The notes beneath the pieces were generated by a model. The model did no database searches. It had not been told where the DNA came from and saw only the letters and a list, made by a program, of their open reading frames with translations. The position numbers and the translations under genes were made by a program. 64,000 nucleotides of DNA, taken from positions 3,845,652-3,909,651 of the forward strand of contig OY764159.1 of NCBI GenBank assembly GCA_963668175.1. Direction: 5' to 3'. Positions 18,523-28,567 of this stretch are shown piece by piece (position 1 is the first letter of the stretch; each line of letters begins with the position of its first letter). The DNA comes from Syntrophales bacterium (GTDB lineage Bacteria > Desulfobacterota > Syntrophia > Syntrophales > PHBD01).

Positions 18523-20931
18523 ATGTCAACATCTCTTATCATTGTGGAATCGCCGACCAAGGTCAAGACGATCAAGAAATATCTGCCCGCCAGTTTCGAG
18601 GTCGTCGCATCGGTGGGACACATCAAGGATTTACCCAAGAGCAAGCTCGGGATCGACGTGGAAAACAATTTCGAGCCGACCTATCTGGTTCTGGAAAGCA
18701 AGAAGAAGGTCATCAGCGATCTCAAGAAGGCAGCCAAGCAAGCCGATCATATCTACCTGGCGCCGGACCCGGACCGGGAGGGCGAAGCCATCGCCTGGCA
18801 TATCGCCGAAGAGGTCAAAGCCAAGGGCAAGACGATTGAACGTGTTCTCTTCAACGATCTCACGAAAAACACGATTCTCGAATCGCTCCGGCACCCCCTG
18901 CAGCTCAACTTCAACAAATACGAGGCCCAGCAGACGCGCCGCATCCTGGACCGCCTGGTCGGCTATACGATCAGTCCCATCCTCTGGGAAAAAGTGAAAC
19001 GGGGGCTTAGCGCCGGGCGCGTCCAGTCGGTCGCCGTCCGGCTGATTTGCGACCGGGAAGCGGAGATCAGAAAATTCGTGGCCGTCGAGTACTGGAATAT
19101 CAACGTCCTTCTGGAAGGTTCGGTACCGCCGACGTTCGAGGCCCGGCTTCTCAAGATAGACGGAAAAAAGGCCAAAGTCGAAAACGAGGCCCAGTCCCAA
19201 AATATCGTAGAGACCCTGGAAAAATCGACCTTCATCGTCCGAAAGCTGGAGAAGAAGGAGGTCAGGAAGGCACCGCCGCCGCCGTTTACGACGAGCAAGC
19301 TCCAGCAGGAAGCGTCCAGGTGGCACCGGTTTTCCGCCAAGAAGACGATGAGCGTGGCCCAGAAACTGTACGAAGGCATCGAATTAGGCAAGGAAGGCCC
19401 GGTAGGGCTCATTACCTATATGAGAACGGACTCGGTTCGTATTGCCGAAGACGCCCTGAAGGAGGTAAGGGAGTATATCGTCGCGACCTACGACAAGAGC
19501 TATCTGCCGGACAAGCCCCGCCTGTTCAAGAACGCCGCGGAGGCCCAGGACGCCCACGAAGCCATCAGGCCGTCGTCCCTGGCCTACAAGCCCCAGGATA
19601 TCAAACAATACCTGACTCCGGATCAATTCAAACTGTATCAGCTCATCTGGAACAGATTCGTCGCGAGCCAAATGAATCCAGCCGTATTCGATCAGACGAC
19701 GATCGACATCGGCGCCGGGATATACCTGTTCCGTGCACAGGGACTCGTCATGAAATTCCCGGGTTTCACCGCCCTCTATACCGAAGGCAAAGAGGACAAC
19801 GGGAACGGCGGCGATCCGGAGACGGGCAAGATACTTCCGGCCGTTGCGGAAGGGGAGATCCTCAAGCTTCTCTCCATTACGCCCGAACAGAAATTCACCC
19901 AACCGCCCCCCCGGTTTTCCGAGGCATCCCTTGTCCGGGAACTGGAAGAGAAGGGGATCGGCAGACCGAGCACCTATGCCGCGATTCTCAGTACGATCCA
20001 GGACCGGGAGTATGTGCGTCTCGACAAGAGCAAATTCTTCCCCACCGAACTGGGAGAACTGGTCAACGAACTTCTCGTAAACAATTTCCCGAAAATCCTC
20101 GACGTGGCCTTTACGGCGTCGCTGGAGACGCAACTGGATATGATCGAGGAAGGCAAAACGGGCAGGCAGGAAACCCTGAAGGGTTTTTACCAGCCCTTCG
20201 AAGAGGAACTGAAAACCGCCAAGACTCAGATGAGAAAGGTGAAGGGGGAAGAGACGCCGACCGATCTGACTTGCGACAAGTGCGGCAGCCCCATGGTGAT
20301 CAAATGGGGAAAGAACGGAAAATTCCTGGCCTGCTCCAACTATCCGGCCTGCAAGAATACCATGAACTTTACCCAGGACGAAAACGGCAAGATCGTCCAC
20401 GAAGAAACGCCAAAGACGGAGACCGTCTGCAACAAATGCGGTAAGCCCATGGTCGTCAAGAGAGGCCGGTTCGGTCAGTTTCTGGCCTGTTCGGGCTACC
20501 CGGATTGCAAAAACACAATGAACATCGCCGGCGGCACGGCCGAAACACAACCGGTTGCCGAAGAAGTCACCGATATCAAATGCCCCAAATGCGGCCAGCC
20601 CATGGCCGTAAAAAAAGGCCGGTTCGGAAAATTCCTCGGCTGCACGGGTTATCCCGCCTGCCGGAACATTATGCCGATAAGCACCAACATCCCCTGCCCG
20701 GAAGAAGGCTGTACAGGCTTCCTGACGGAGAAAAGATCCAAGACAGGCCGGTCGTTCTACAGCTGCTCCCGATATCCCCAGTGTAAATACGCGATCTGGA
20801 ACAAACCGCTGCCCGAACCCTGCCCCAAATGCGGCGCCCCGTTCATCGTAGAGAAATATTCGGCCAAAACGGGAAACACCAAGGAATGTATTAAAAAAGG
20901 GTGCGGGTACAAGGAACCCATAGCGCCGTGA
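18523..20931 (+). CDS. topA: DNA topoisomerase I
   Basis: 802 aa. Has the Toprim N-terminus ([17 protein letters not shown]), the catalytic region ITYMRTDS, and four C-terminal Cys4 zinc-ribbon repeats (CxxCG...C..YP.CKN). Confidence 0.97.
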   Translation: MSTSLIIVESPTKVKTIKKYLPASFEVVASVGHIKDLPKSKLGIDVENNFEPTYLVLESKKKVISDLKKAAKQADHIYLAPDPDREGEAIAWHIAEEVKAKGKTIERVLFNDLTKNTILESLRHPLQLNFNKYEAQQTRRILDRLVGYTISPILWEKVKRGLSAGRVQSVAVRLICDREAEIRKFVAVEYWNINVLLEGSVPPTFEARLLKIDGKKAKVENEAQSQNIVETLEKSTFIVRKLEKKEVRKAPPPPFTTSKLQQEASRWHRFSAKKTMSVAQKLYEGIELGKEGPVGLITYMRTDSVRIAEDALKEVREYIVATYDKSYLPDKPRLFKNAAEAQDAHEAIRPSSLAYKPQDIKQYLTPDQFKLYQLIWNRFVASQMNPAVFDQTTIDIGAGIYLFRAQGLVMKFPGFTALYTEGKEDNGNGGDPETGKILPAVAEGEILKLLSITPEQKFTQPPPRFSEASLVRELEEKGIGRPSTYAAILSTIQDREYVRLDKSKFFPTELGELVNELLVNNFPKILDVAFTASLETQLDMIEEGKTGRQETLKGFYQPFEEELKTAKTQMRKVKGEETPTDLTCDKCGSPMVIKWGKNGKFLACSNYPACKNTMNFTQDENGKIVHEETPKTETVCNKCGKPMVVKRGRFGQFLACSGYPDCKNTMNIAGGTAETQPVAEEVTDIKCPKCGQPMAVKKGRFGKFLGCTGYPACRNIMPISTNIPCPEEGCTGFLTEKRSKTGRSFYSCSRYPQCKYAIWNKPLPEPCPKCGAPFIVEKYSAKTGNTKECIKKGCGYKEPIAP

Positions 20932-22247
20932 CCACAGGTCGCCCCATCAGTGTGATCGGCGGCGGGCTTGCCGGAACGGAAGCGGCCTGGCAGCTTCTCA
21001 AGCGCGGTCACGCGGTGGACCTCTTCGAAATGAGGCCCGCTAAAAGTTCACCGGCCCACAAAACCGCCCTGCTCGCCGAACTCGTGTGCAGCAACTCCCT
21101 GCGCGCGAGCAGCCGAGAAAACGCCGTCGGCCTTCTTAAAGAGGAGATGCGCCTCCTAGGGTCCATCATGATCGATTCCGCCGCCAAGGCGGCCGTCCCG
21201 GCCGGTCGGGCCCTGGCCGTCGACCGCCGGCTTTTCTCCCTTTTCACGGAAAACCAGCTCCTGTCCCGGGAACGATTCCGCCTCATCCGCCGGGAATGTA
21301 CAGAAATACCGGATACTGCGCCCGCCATTATCGCCACGGGCCCGCTGACTTCCGACAGTCTCGCCGCCAACATCGCTTCACTCACCGGCAACCGCGACCT
21401 CTATTTCTACGACGCCATTTCGCCGATTATTGAAACGGATTCCATCGATTTCGATCAGGTCTTCCCGGCCTCACGATATGACGACGAGGACGGCGGGGAT
21501 TATCTGAACTGCCCTCTGGAAAAGGAAGCGTATGAGCTTTTCTGGAACGCCCTCGTGGCGGCTGAAGAAGTACCTCTCCGGGATTTCGAAGACGCGAAGT
21601 TCTTCGAGGGCTGCCTGCCCGTCGAAGTTATCGCCAAAAGAGGAATAGAAACGCTTGTTTTCGGGCCGATGAAACCCGTCGGCCTCAGGGACCCGAGAAC
21701 CGGCAAACAGCCCTATGCCGTCGTCCAACTCCGGCGGGAAAACCGTGAAGCCACCCTTTACAACATGGTCGGCTTCCAGACCAAGTTGACCTGGCCGGAA
21801 CAGAGACGAATCTTCAGGATGATTCCGGGACTTAAGGAGGCGGAATTCGCCCGGCTCGGGTCCATTCACCGCAACACCTACATCAACTCGCCCGTCCTCC
21901 TCGATCAATCCCTCCAATTGCGCACCAGACCCGGTATATTCTTTGCCGGACAGATTACCGGCGTGGAAGGCTATGTCGAATCGGCGGCCATGGGACTGCT
22001 CGCCGGTTTGAGCGCCGCCCGTCTTGCGGAAGGAAGGCCTTTTTTGCCGCCCCCTCCGACAACGGCCCTGGGCGCCCTCCTGCGTTACATCACATCGGCG
22101 GAAAGCCGGACATTCCAGCCGATGAACGTCAACTTCGGTATCTTTCCGCCCATCACCGAGAGAATTCGCCGCAGGGAGAGAGGTGCATATCGGGCCGAAC
22201 GGTCCCTGGCCGATCTCGGTCAATGGAAGGAAGCCTGCGGATACTGA
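20928..22247 (+). CDS. trmFO: methylenetetrahydrofolate--tRNA-(uracil-5-)-methyltransferase TrmFO
   Basis: ORF 20901..22247. Has the FAD motif [14 protein letters not shown] and the conserved [17 protein letters not shown]. The likely GTG start at 20928 overlaps the topA stop (GTGA). GTG at 20901 is an alternative. Confidence 0.92.
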   Translation: MTTGRPISVIGGGLAGTEAAWQLLKRGHAVDLFEMRPAKSSPAHKTALLAELVCSNSLRASSRENAVGLLKEEMRLLGSIMIDSAAKAAVPAGRALAVDRRLFSLFTENQLLSRERFRLIRRECTEIPDTAPAIIATGPLTSDSLAANIASLTGNRDLYFYDAISPIIETDSIDFDQVFPASRYDDEDGGDYLNCPLEKEAYELFWNALVAAEEVPLRDFEDAKFFEGCLPVEVIAKRGIETLVFGPMKPVGLRDPRTGKQPYAVVQLRRENREATLYNMVGFQTKLTWPEQRRIFRMIPGLKEAEFARLGSIHRNTYINSPVLLDQSLQLRTRPGIFFAGQITGVEGYVESAAMGLLAGLSAARLAEGRPFLPPPPTTALGALLRYITSAESRTFQPMNVNFGIFPPITERIRRRERGAYRAERSLADLGQWKEACGY

Positions 22248-22347
22248 TGCCTCCCCTGTCACCGGCATACATTCATGCCATTGCTGTGCAGACCGACAGG
22301 AAAAACAACGAATGCAATCGAGGGATTTTGACTAGATTCAGCCGGCG

Positions 22348-23124
22348 TCAGGCCTTGGCATCCCGGTACAGCTGGGTGATCCGCGAAATATACGTGCGGG
22401 TCTCCGCCGGAAGCTTTTGCGGATATTTCTCGACGTTGCCCATGCCCCAGTTATAGGCGGCGAGGGCAAGAGAGACATTGCCGTTGTATCGTTTCAGGAG
22501 TCCCTTCAGATATCGCGTCCCGGCCATGATGTTCTCCTCGGGATCGCAGGCATTCTTAACCCCCAATTCCCGGGCCGTATCGGGCATCAACTGCATCAAT
22601 CCCATGGCCCCCTTGGGAGAAACGGCATTTGTATTGAAATTGCTTTCCGCTTTGATGACGCTCCGGATCAGATCGGCATCGATCTGGTAGGTGTCGGCGG
22701 CGCGCTCGATGATCGGCTCCAACTCTTTTTTGGAAAACGGAACGGCAGTTTTTTGATGAGACCGTCGGGATTTTGACGATACCGAAAGATTTTCGGAGGA
22801 AAGGTTTTCCGACAGGGCCAAGAGAGACGAAAGAAACGAATTCGAAGGCGTTTCGTCTTCCTTGTCGCTGACAACGGACAGCCAGAGACGTGCGCTCATC
22901 TCCATCTGCATCCTGTTGAGCAGGTTTTCGATTTCCGTCTTGGTTGGGGGAGATGACGGGCTATTGGAATCCTGCCCGCTTTTCCCTGCAACAAGGACCT
23001 CTTTCAGCAGGGCATCGAACCCATTCTCTCTTTTCGCCGTACCGGCACGCACATCAGACTTAAAACTCGCCTGCTTTTCAAGAGTTATCCAATGTTGGAT
23101 TCCCCTACCTGATGGTATGGACAT
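22348..23124 (-). CDS. lytic transglycosylase (SLT domain) with low-complexity N-terminal region
   Basis: 258 aa. The C-terminal SLT motifs are IKAESNFNTNAVSPKGAMGLMQLMP and AYNWG. Confidence 0.85.
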   Translation of the reverse strand: MSIPSGRGIQHWITLEKQASFKSDVRAGTAKRENGFDALLKEVLVAGKSGQDSNSPSSPPTKTEIENLLNRMQMEMSARLWLSVVSDKEDETPSNSFLSSLLALSENLSSENLSVSSKSRRSHQKTAVPFSKKELEPIIERAADTYQIDADLIRSVIKAESNFNTNAVSPKGAMGLMQLMPDTARELGVKNACDPEENIMAGTRYLKGLLKRYNGNVSLALAAYNWGMGNVEKYPQKLPAETRTYISRITQLYRDAKA

Positions 23125-23243
23125 GCATCACCTCGACGCGGAGATGATAAATATAAATCAAATTCCATGCCATCGTTTAAAAATCGTATGCGATGATTGA
23201 ATCGGAGGGCTTGGACCGGTACGGTCGATCGGACAGGCAGACC

Positions 23244-23453
23244 TTACGATTTTTTCGGAATGAGGTCTTCCCAGGTATAGGCATTTTTTACCGGTGTCTC
23301 GTCATGGATGTCGGTTTTTACGGATATCGTCACAACGTCCACAAACTTCTCCTTCGTGCCGCTTTCAGATACGACAGGGGTTCTGAGGCGCACTTTGTTT
23401 TGTTTGCTGTAGGCCTCAACACCGGTATTTATGGGATAGGTCGATATGGTCAT
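23244..23453 (-). CDS. small hypothetical protein (69 aa)
   Basis: ORF only, with an AGGGAAG Shine-Dalgarno-like element upstream, lying upstream of the SLT gene on the same strand. No recognisable motif. Confidence 0.3.
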   Translation of the reverse strand: MTISTYPINTGVEAYSKQNKVRLRTPVVSESGTKEKFVDVVTISVKTDIHDETPVKNAYTWEDLIPKKS

Positions 23454-23715
23454 AAGAATTCTTCCCTATACTATAACTTGCATATACGCCTGTTGAAACC
23501 CTTTTGCCATCCTTTTTTTATTCCGGCCGGCCATGCCACTTTTATATATTATCCTCATATCATTTTTATAATTGAGCGAAATATTCCCTTATGAACCATT
23601 TTTTCCCTAACGATGGACTCTTTTTTGCTAAGGATTCAGAAAGCTACCGGAAGATACGGAGTATCGCGCTTCTTATGCCGGCTTGAAAGATTTCCCGGCC
23701 CGGAAGAGAAAAATT

Positions 23716-23742
23716 TAACATTTTCTTTAAAAATGCCGATAA
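23716..23742 (+). promoter_or_regulatory. sigma-28 (FliA)-type promoter candidate
   Basis: Reads TAACATTT, an 11-nt spacer, then GCCGATAA. The consensus is TAAAGTTT-N11-GCCGATAA, so the -10 matches 8/8 and the -35 matches 6/8. It lies about 100 nt upstream of the TPR gene ATG. Confidence 0.5.
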
Positions 23743-23841
23743 ACATACTATATCATACGAGACCGTCGATCTGTAACGTATCATAACGATCCGGTCGGGT
23801 ATCGCGATACGGCGTGCGGGAAAGGGGATGTACTTATCGGT

Positions 23842-25053
23842 ATGGCTTCATTATCTGATATTCTGGCACTGAACAGCAGCGACGGCATAGCGTCGGCGCT
23901 TCTAAGCCAGCAGACCACAAGAACGCAGCTTGCGAACAACGCCCTCAGTACCGGCATCTCGCTGTATCAGGACGGGAAGACAGAGAAGGCCGTTGAGGCG
24001 TTCAAGACGGCAGCGGCCTACAACCCGTCGCTCTCCACGGCCTATAAATACATGGGCATGGCCTATTCCAAACTGGGGGATTTCGAATCGGCCATCGAAG
24101 CCTACAAAAAGCCCGTTCGGCTCGATCCCGCCTCGACCGAAGCGCGGACCGACCTTGCCAATGCGTATATCGACAACAAACAGTATGACGAGGCAGAGGC
24201 CCAGTTCAAAGAGGAGATCAGGCTCAATCCCAGATCCGACACGGCCTATTACTCGCTCGGCCAGCTTGACCTGCAGAACGGCAAATACGACGACGCCGTA
24301 GATGCCTTCAAAAAGGTCACCAGTCTGAAGCCGGATCAGTACAACGGTTATTACGGATTGGGGCTTGCGTACAACAAACAGAAAAACTACGCCGCCGCCG
24401 TAGACCAATTCCAGAAGTCTATTACCCTGAAGAAAGACTTCGCCTATGCCTACAACGACCTCGGATACGCCTATGCCGGTTTGGGGGAGACAGACAAGGC
24501 CAACGAGCAGGTGAACACCCTCTACAACATGAACACGGCGCAGAGCTACTCACTTGCCGCCGAACTCGAGCTTTCCCTCTATACACCCAAGATCGCCGGT
24601 ATCGATATGTCGTCGTCCAACAACACCTTCACCACGGGTTTCGGCCCCGACACGAGTGTCGCTTTTCTCGATCCGTCGCTGTGGACTCCCGGTGCGTCGC
24701 ATACCTTTTCCGTCGTTATTCAGTTCAACCAGGCCATGGACATATCATCCGTTCAAAACACGCTCAACTGGTCGATCAGCCAGGCCCAGGGCGGAAAGGG
24801 CGGTTGGTACAACAACGGCATCACCATGCATGCCGACAAGGAAATATCCATTCCTCCCATGCCCCTCTACGTCGCCTACGATCCTTCAACCTATCAGGCA
24901 ACCGTATTCTTTAAGATCAATCAGAACGCCACCGGGGATGGGGTTACCGATCCGTCCCATTGGGTCTTCAAGTTCACCGGCACGGATATCAGCGGCAATG
25001 CCATGGATAAAACCGGAGATGAATACGACAGATTCGCCAATGAGTCCTTCTGA
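23842..25053 (+). CDS. TPR-repeat protein with C-terminal Ig-like/beta-rich domain
   Basis: 403 aa. Residues ~40-230 form about 6 TPR units (AxxxYxxALxLxP patterns, e.g. AIEAYKKPVRLDPASTEARTDLANAYI). No Sec signal peptide is visible. Confidence 0.75.
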   Translation: MASLSDILALNSSDGIASALLSQQTTRTQLANNALSTGISLYQDGKTEKAVEAFKTAAAYNPSLSTAYKYMGMAYSKLGDFESAIEAYKKPVRLDPASTEARTDLANAYIDNKQYDEAEAQFKEEIRLNPRSDTAYYSLGQLDLQNGKYDDAVDAFKKVTSLKPDQYNGYYGLGLAYNKQKNYAAAVDQFQKSITLKKDFAYAYNDLGYAYAGLGETDKANEQVNTLYNMNTAQSYSLAAELELSLYTPKIAGIDMSSSNNTFTTGFGPDTSVAFLDPSLWTPGASHTFSVVIQFNQAMDISSVQNTLNWSISQAQGGKGGWYNNGITMHADKEISIPPMPLYVAYDPSTYQATVFFKINQNATGDGVTDPSHWVFKFTGTDISGNAMDKTGDEYDRFANESF

Positions 25054-25136
25054 TGCCGTCCATTCGGAAGTTTGCTGTGAGAAAACGAAACGTCGACGAA
25101 CCTCATCGTCAGGTATCCCTTCCCCTGCCCCGCCAT

Positions 25137-26084
25137 TCAGATGACAAGTGAACCTTTGCCGTCGATCATCAGCAGACTTTTAATACGCCTTCCCCAGCGC
25201 CGCCACAAGGACAGCGCATCGTCAATATGAACCACGGCCTGGCGGGTTGCACGTTCGCCCTCACGGACGAGCTCTTCAAGGTGCGAAAAATCCGTCCAGT
25301 GCCATCCGCCGACATGAGGACGGATGACCACATCGGCGTCCTTCAGTTCGTATCTCTCCAATTTGTCGGCCGTAATCTCACCGGCCCGGTAATAGATATC
25401 CTTGGCGGTCTTGTTTTCGTCCCAGACAAGGATATCCCGGTCCACAACGACGGCAACGACGACATCCGCCCCCTGTTCCCGCAGGACATGCACGGGGACC
25501 AGGCTGACAATCCCGCCGTCCGCCAACAGCCGGTGACCCTCCCTGATCGGCTCAACCGCCCCGGGAACCGCGCAGCTGGCCAAAACGGCCTTCCGCAGGG
25601 ACCCTTTGGAAAAAGTGACCCGTTCTCCCGTCATAAGATCCGTTGCCACGGCATAAAAAGGAATCTTCAAATCCTCGATGCGGATGTCGGGAATAAAATA
25701 GTCGATCATCATCTGGAAATCCGCCGCGGGAAGGATACCGGGCCTGTACATCGTCCGCGCCATATAGAAACGTCCTTTGAAAAACCGGGCGATTTTCTTT
25801 GACAGCTTTTCTTCTGCCGGCTCCGGCAATTCGGATATGGCACGCACGGGAGAATTCTGGAACGACGGGCTATTAATGAATTCAGTCACTTTCCGCTGCA
25901 ATTCCGAAGATTTCATTCCCCCGGCATAGGCTGCCCCCATGACGGCCCCCATGCTCGTCCCGGCGATCATATCGATTTTCACATTCTCAGCTTCCAGGGC
26001 ATGGAAGACCCCGATGTGGGCGAACCCCCGGGCGCCGCCACCCCCCAAAGCAAGACCTACCTTCTTATCCGTCCACTTAGACAT
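25137..26084 (-). CDS. patatin-like phospholipase
   Basis: ORF 25137..26156. The likely start is MSKWTDKK at 26084 behind GGAG. Has the GGGGARG oxyanion motif, the GTSMG nucleophile elbow and the DGG catalytic Asp motif. Confidence 0.88.
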   Translation of the reverse strand: MSKWTDKKVGLALGGGGARGFAHIGVFHALEAENVKIDMIAGTSMGAVMGAAYAGGMKSSELQRKVTEFINSPSFQNSPVRAISELPEPAEEKLSKKIARFFKGRFYMARTMYRPGILPAADFQMMIDYFIPDIRIEDLKIPFYAVATDLMTGERVTFSKGSLRKAVLASCAVPGAVEPIREGHRLLADGGIVSLVPVHVLREQGADVVVAVVVDRDILVWDENKTAKDIYYRAGEITADKLERYELKDADVVIRPHVGGWHWTDFSHLEELVREGERATRQAVVHIDDALSLWRRWGRRIKSLLMIDGKGSLVI

Positions 26085-26228
26085 GATTTTTGCTCCAACC
26101 GCTATCCGGCGCAATCGCCCGGATCGTACCTTAACGACAAAAAGCCCGGCAGACACTCATCCGGTGTTCTGCCGGGCTCCTTCGAACGTCATGATAATCC
26201 GCCATTAGGATCTGCGCATGAGAAAATA

Positions 26229-26522
26229 TTACGACTGGGGTGATCCGGCCTTTTCCTCTTTGAAAGCCTCAACACCCGCCTCGATGGCTCTTCTCAGCCG
26301 TTCCTTCTTTTCGGCGTAGGCTTCCTTGCCGTGGCTGCCCAAATCTTCCATTTTCACTTTGGCTTGTTCGTACTGCTCTTTGGCCTTTACAAGCAGTTCT
26401 TCCGTGGATTTGAAAATGTCCTCTCGGGTCTCTCTGCCGCTTTTCGGTGCATAGAGAATCCCCAGTACGGCACCGACCAATCCTCCTACGATAAATCCCT
26501 TGACCCAATCGTTGGCTGCCAT
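26229..26522 (-). CDS. YtxH-domain protein
   Basis: ORF 26229..26567. The likely start is MAANDWVKGFIVGGLVGAVLGILYAPKSGRETRED at 26522 behind AAAGGAGG. Has the typical YtxH N-terminal TM/Gly-zipper followed by a charged helix. Confidence 0.8.
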   Translation of the reverse strand: MAANDWVKGFIVGGLVGAVLGILYAPKSGRETREDIFKSTEELLVKAKEQYEQAKVKMEDLGSHGKEAYAEKKERLRRAIEAGVEAFKEEKAGSPQS

Positions 26523-26740
26523 GATGTAATCCTCCTTTGTCGTATCGGTTTCGGTCAAATCATTCATTTTATACTATCACATCGCTGGCGAAGAGACAAC
26601 CGGCAGAGCGAATTCGAAAACGATCAGGACTTTGCGCAGGCTTCGTCGCAAGCAATCCCCGCTGTCCCGATTGAGGGGCGTACAAGTTTTGATTGAAAAA
26701 ACAGCCACAATCGCATAGATTTCTTGCCCAGGGTTCCAAT

Positions 26741-27379
26741 ATGAAGCGATACAACGCCATGGCAACTCTGCTTACCGTCCTCTTTACGACTTTCGTCTTT
26801 TCGTACGGCATAGTGATGGCACAGGAAAAATCCGAAGACGTAATCATAGACAGCGCCATGACTTTTGACGAAGCGGTGGCGGGAACAAATGCCCCAAAAA
26901 GCGCGCTCGCTTCCCTTTGCATCGTCAATGTTCGCTATTACGCCTTCGACGGCCGTCTCCATCAGGGCCAGTTGGTCGTTCACCGGGCGGTCCGCAACGA
27001 CACCCTGGAGATATTCCGACTGATCGAACGGCTACGTTTTCCGATAGAAAAAGCCGTGCCCGTCAGCAAGTACGGGTGGTCCGACGAGGCATCGATGGCC
27101 GACAACAACAGTTCGGCCTTCAACTACCGCGTCATCGAAGGCACCCGACGTCTTTCCCGGCACGCCGCGGGGAAAGCCATCGACATCAATCCCCGCCTCA
27201 ATCCGGTATTTTACAGAAATGGCGCCGTTCAGCCCGAAGGGGCCGTATACGACCGGCAGCGGCCGGGAACGCTTCACGGACGGCACACAATCGTGAAGAT
27301 GTTTCGGAGGCTCGGATGGGACTGGGGCGGCAGGTTCAAATCCGTGAAAGACTACCACCATTTCGAAAAGCCCGATTAA
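26741..27379 (+). CDS. peptidase M15-family protein (D-Ala-D-Ala dipeptidase/carboxypeptidase-like), secreted
   Basis: ORF 26693..27379. The ATG at 26741 gives a signal peptide (MKRYNAMATLLTVLFTTFVFSYGIVMA). Has the zinc motif SRHAAGKAIDINP and the late motif DWGG...DYHHFE. Confidence 0.75.
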   Translation: MKRYNAMATLLTVLFTTFVFSYGIVMAQEKSEDVIIDSAMTFDEAVAGTNAPKSALASLCIVNVRYYAFDGRLHQGQLVVHRAVRNDTLEIFRLIERLRFPIEKAVPVSKYGWSDEASMADNNSSAFNYRVIEGTRRLSRHAAGKAIDINPRLNPVFYRNGAVQPEGAVYDRQRPGTLHGRHTIVKMFRRLGWDWGGRFKSVKDYHHFEKPD

Positions 27380-27975
27380 CCGTCCTAATTCTCTTCTTGC
27401 GCGATCCGACCGTCTCATCTTACCGTTCCGGCATAGCTCTTCGTTGTCTGCCTGCAACATCCGGCGCACGGAAAAACCATGTCGTCCTCCGGTTACGATC
27501 ATGAATTCTGATTTCTCAGATCATCTTGAGAACCGGGTTTTCATTTCTCATGGCGTTATCCTGCAAATTCATCCTTGACGGCCGGACGGCGACTCATTAA
27601 GCTTTTCTTTAGGGGTCCTGTCAGTATCCGGAGTTCGCGAAATGCCGACGAAGGGATATCCATGTTCACCATGCAATCGCGGATTCGAATGAATCGAACC
27701 GCCAGCGATCCTCCCGTTGCGGGATATCCCGTATGCCGTAGAAAGGCGGAGAGGTTGATCAGCAGCAACGGATTCATTGTAAAAGACCGGCGGGATGATC
27801 TGCTCCCGGAAGAAGGAAAAACGACTGTGGCACCCTGCCCGGACGATGCAGGGAGGCACCGGCGCCGGGTCTGCGGGATGAACTTTAAAGCGCGGCGAGC
27901 CGACAGATAACAGGAAACAGCCATCTGACGGCGGATTCATATCGTTAACGAGCCACCTTGAAAGGAGGGCGCATC

Positions 27976-28521
27976 ATGAAACCCATTGGACCCCTCATGT
28001 GGGAACACAGGTTGATCGAGCGGCTGCTGAAATCATTCGAGGACGAAGTCAACCACATCAAAGAACAGCATAAACTGGACACCGTCTTCATCGATACGGC
28101 CGTCGACTTCATTCGCATGTATGCAGACAGGACGCATCATGGCAAGGAGGAAGACATCCTTTTCAGAGACCTGGGAAAAAAGCCGCTTGTCGCCGAACAT
28201 GCCCGGATAATGGCCGAACTTGTGGAGGAGCATATCTATGCCCGGAGCCGGGTCTCCGCCCTGGTCGATGCCAAGGAGAGATATTTAAGCGGCGAGGATA
28301 CCGTCACGGAGGCCGTCGCCATCCTGCTGGAGCTTGCCGAATTTTACCCCCGGCATATCGAGAAGGAAGACAAGCATTTTTTTTATCCCTGCCTGGAATA
28401 TTTCACGGCGGAAGAGCAGGACCGGATGCTTCGCGAATTCTTCACATTCGACAGGAATCTGATTCACGAAAAATACAGGAAGGTCGTGGATCAGATCGAG
28501 GACCGCAAGAAGCGGTGGTGA
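27976..28521 (+). CDS. hemerythrin-like (HHE cation-binding) domain protein
   Basis: ORF 27958..28521. The ATG at 27976 lies 7 nt after AAAGGAGGG. Has His/Glu-rich four-helix pattern elements (WEHRLIE, HHGKEEDILF, HIEKEDKHFF). Confidence 0.75.
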   Translation: MKPIGPLMWEHRLIERLLKSFEDEVNHIKEQHKLDTVFIDTAVDFIRMYADRTHHGKEEDILFRDLGKKPLVAEHARIMAELVEEHIYARSRVSALVDAKERYLSGEDTVTEAVAILLELAEFYPRHIEKEDKHFFYPCLEYFTAEEQDRMLREFFTFDRNLIHEKYRKVVDQIEDRKKRW

Positions 28522-28567
28522 TAACCGTTCTTCTTGCGGACAGCCGCCTCAACCGAAAACAGTGCTT

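Noticed and set aside
27540-27957. Possible RNase P RNA or tmRNA on the minus strand (GTCCGGGCAGGGTGCCA resembles part of the RNase P P4-P5 region; GGTTCGATTC resembles a T-loop)
   Set aside because: The universally conserved GAGGAAAGUCC, GGGUGAAA and ACAGAANCCGGCUUA blocks of RNase P RNA are absent. There is no tRNA-like acceptor end (…CCACCA) and no tag reading frame for a tmRNA. It is kept only as an unassigned structured region.
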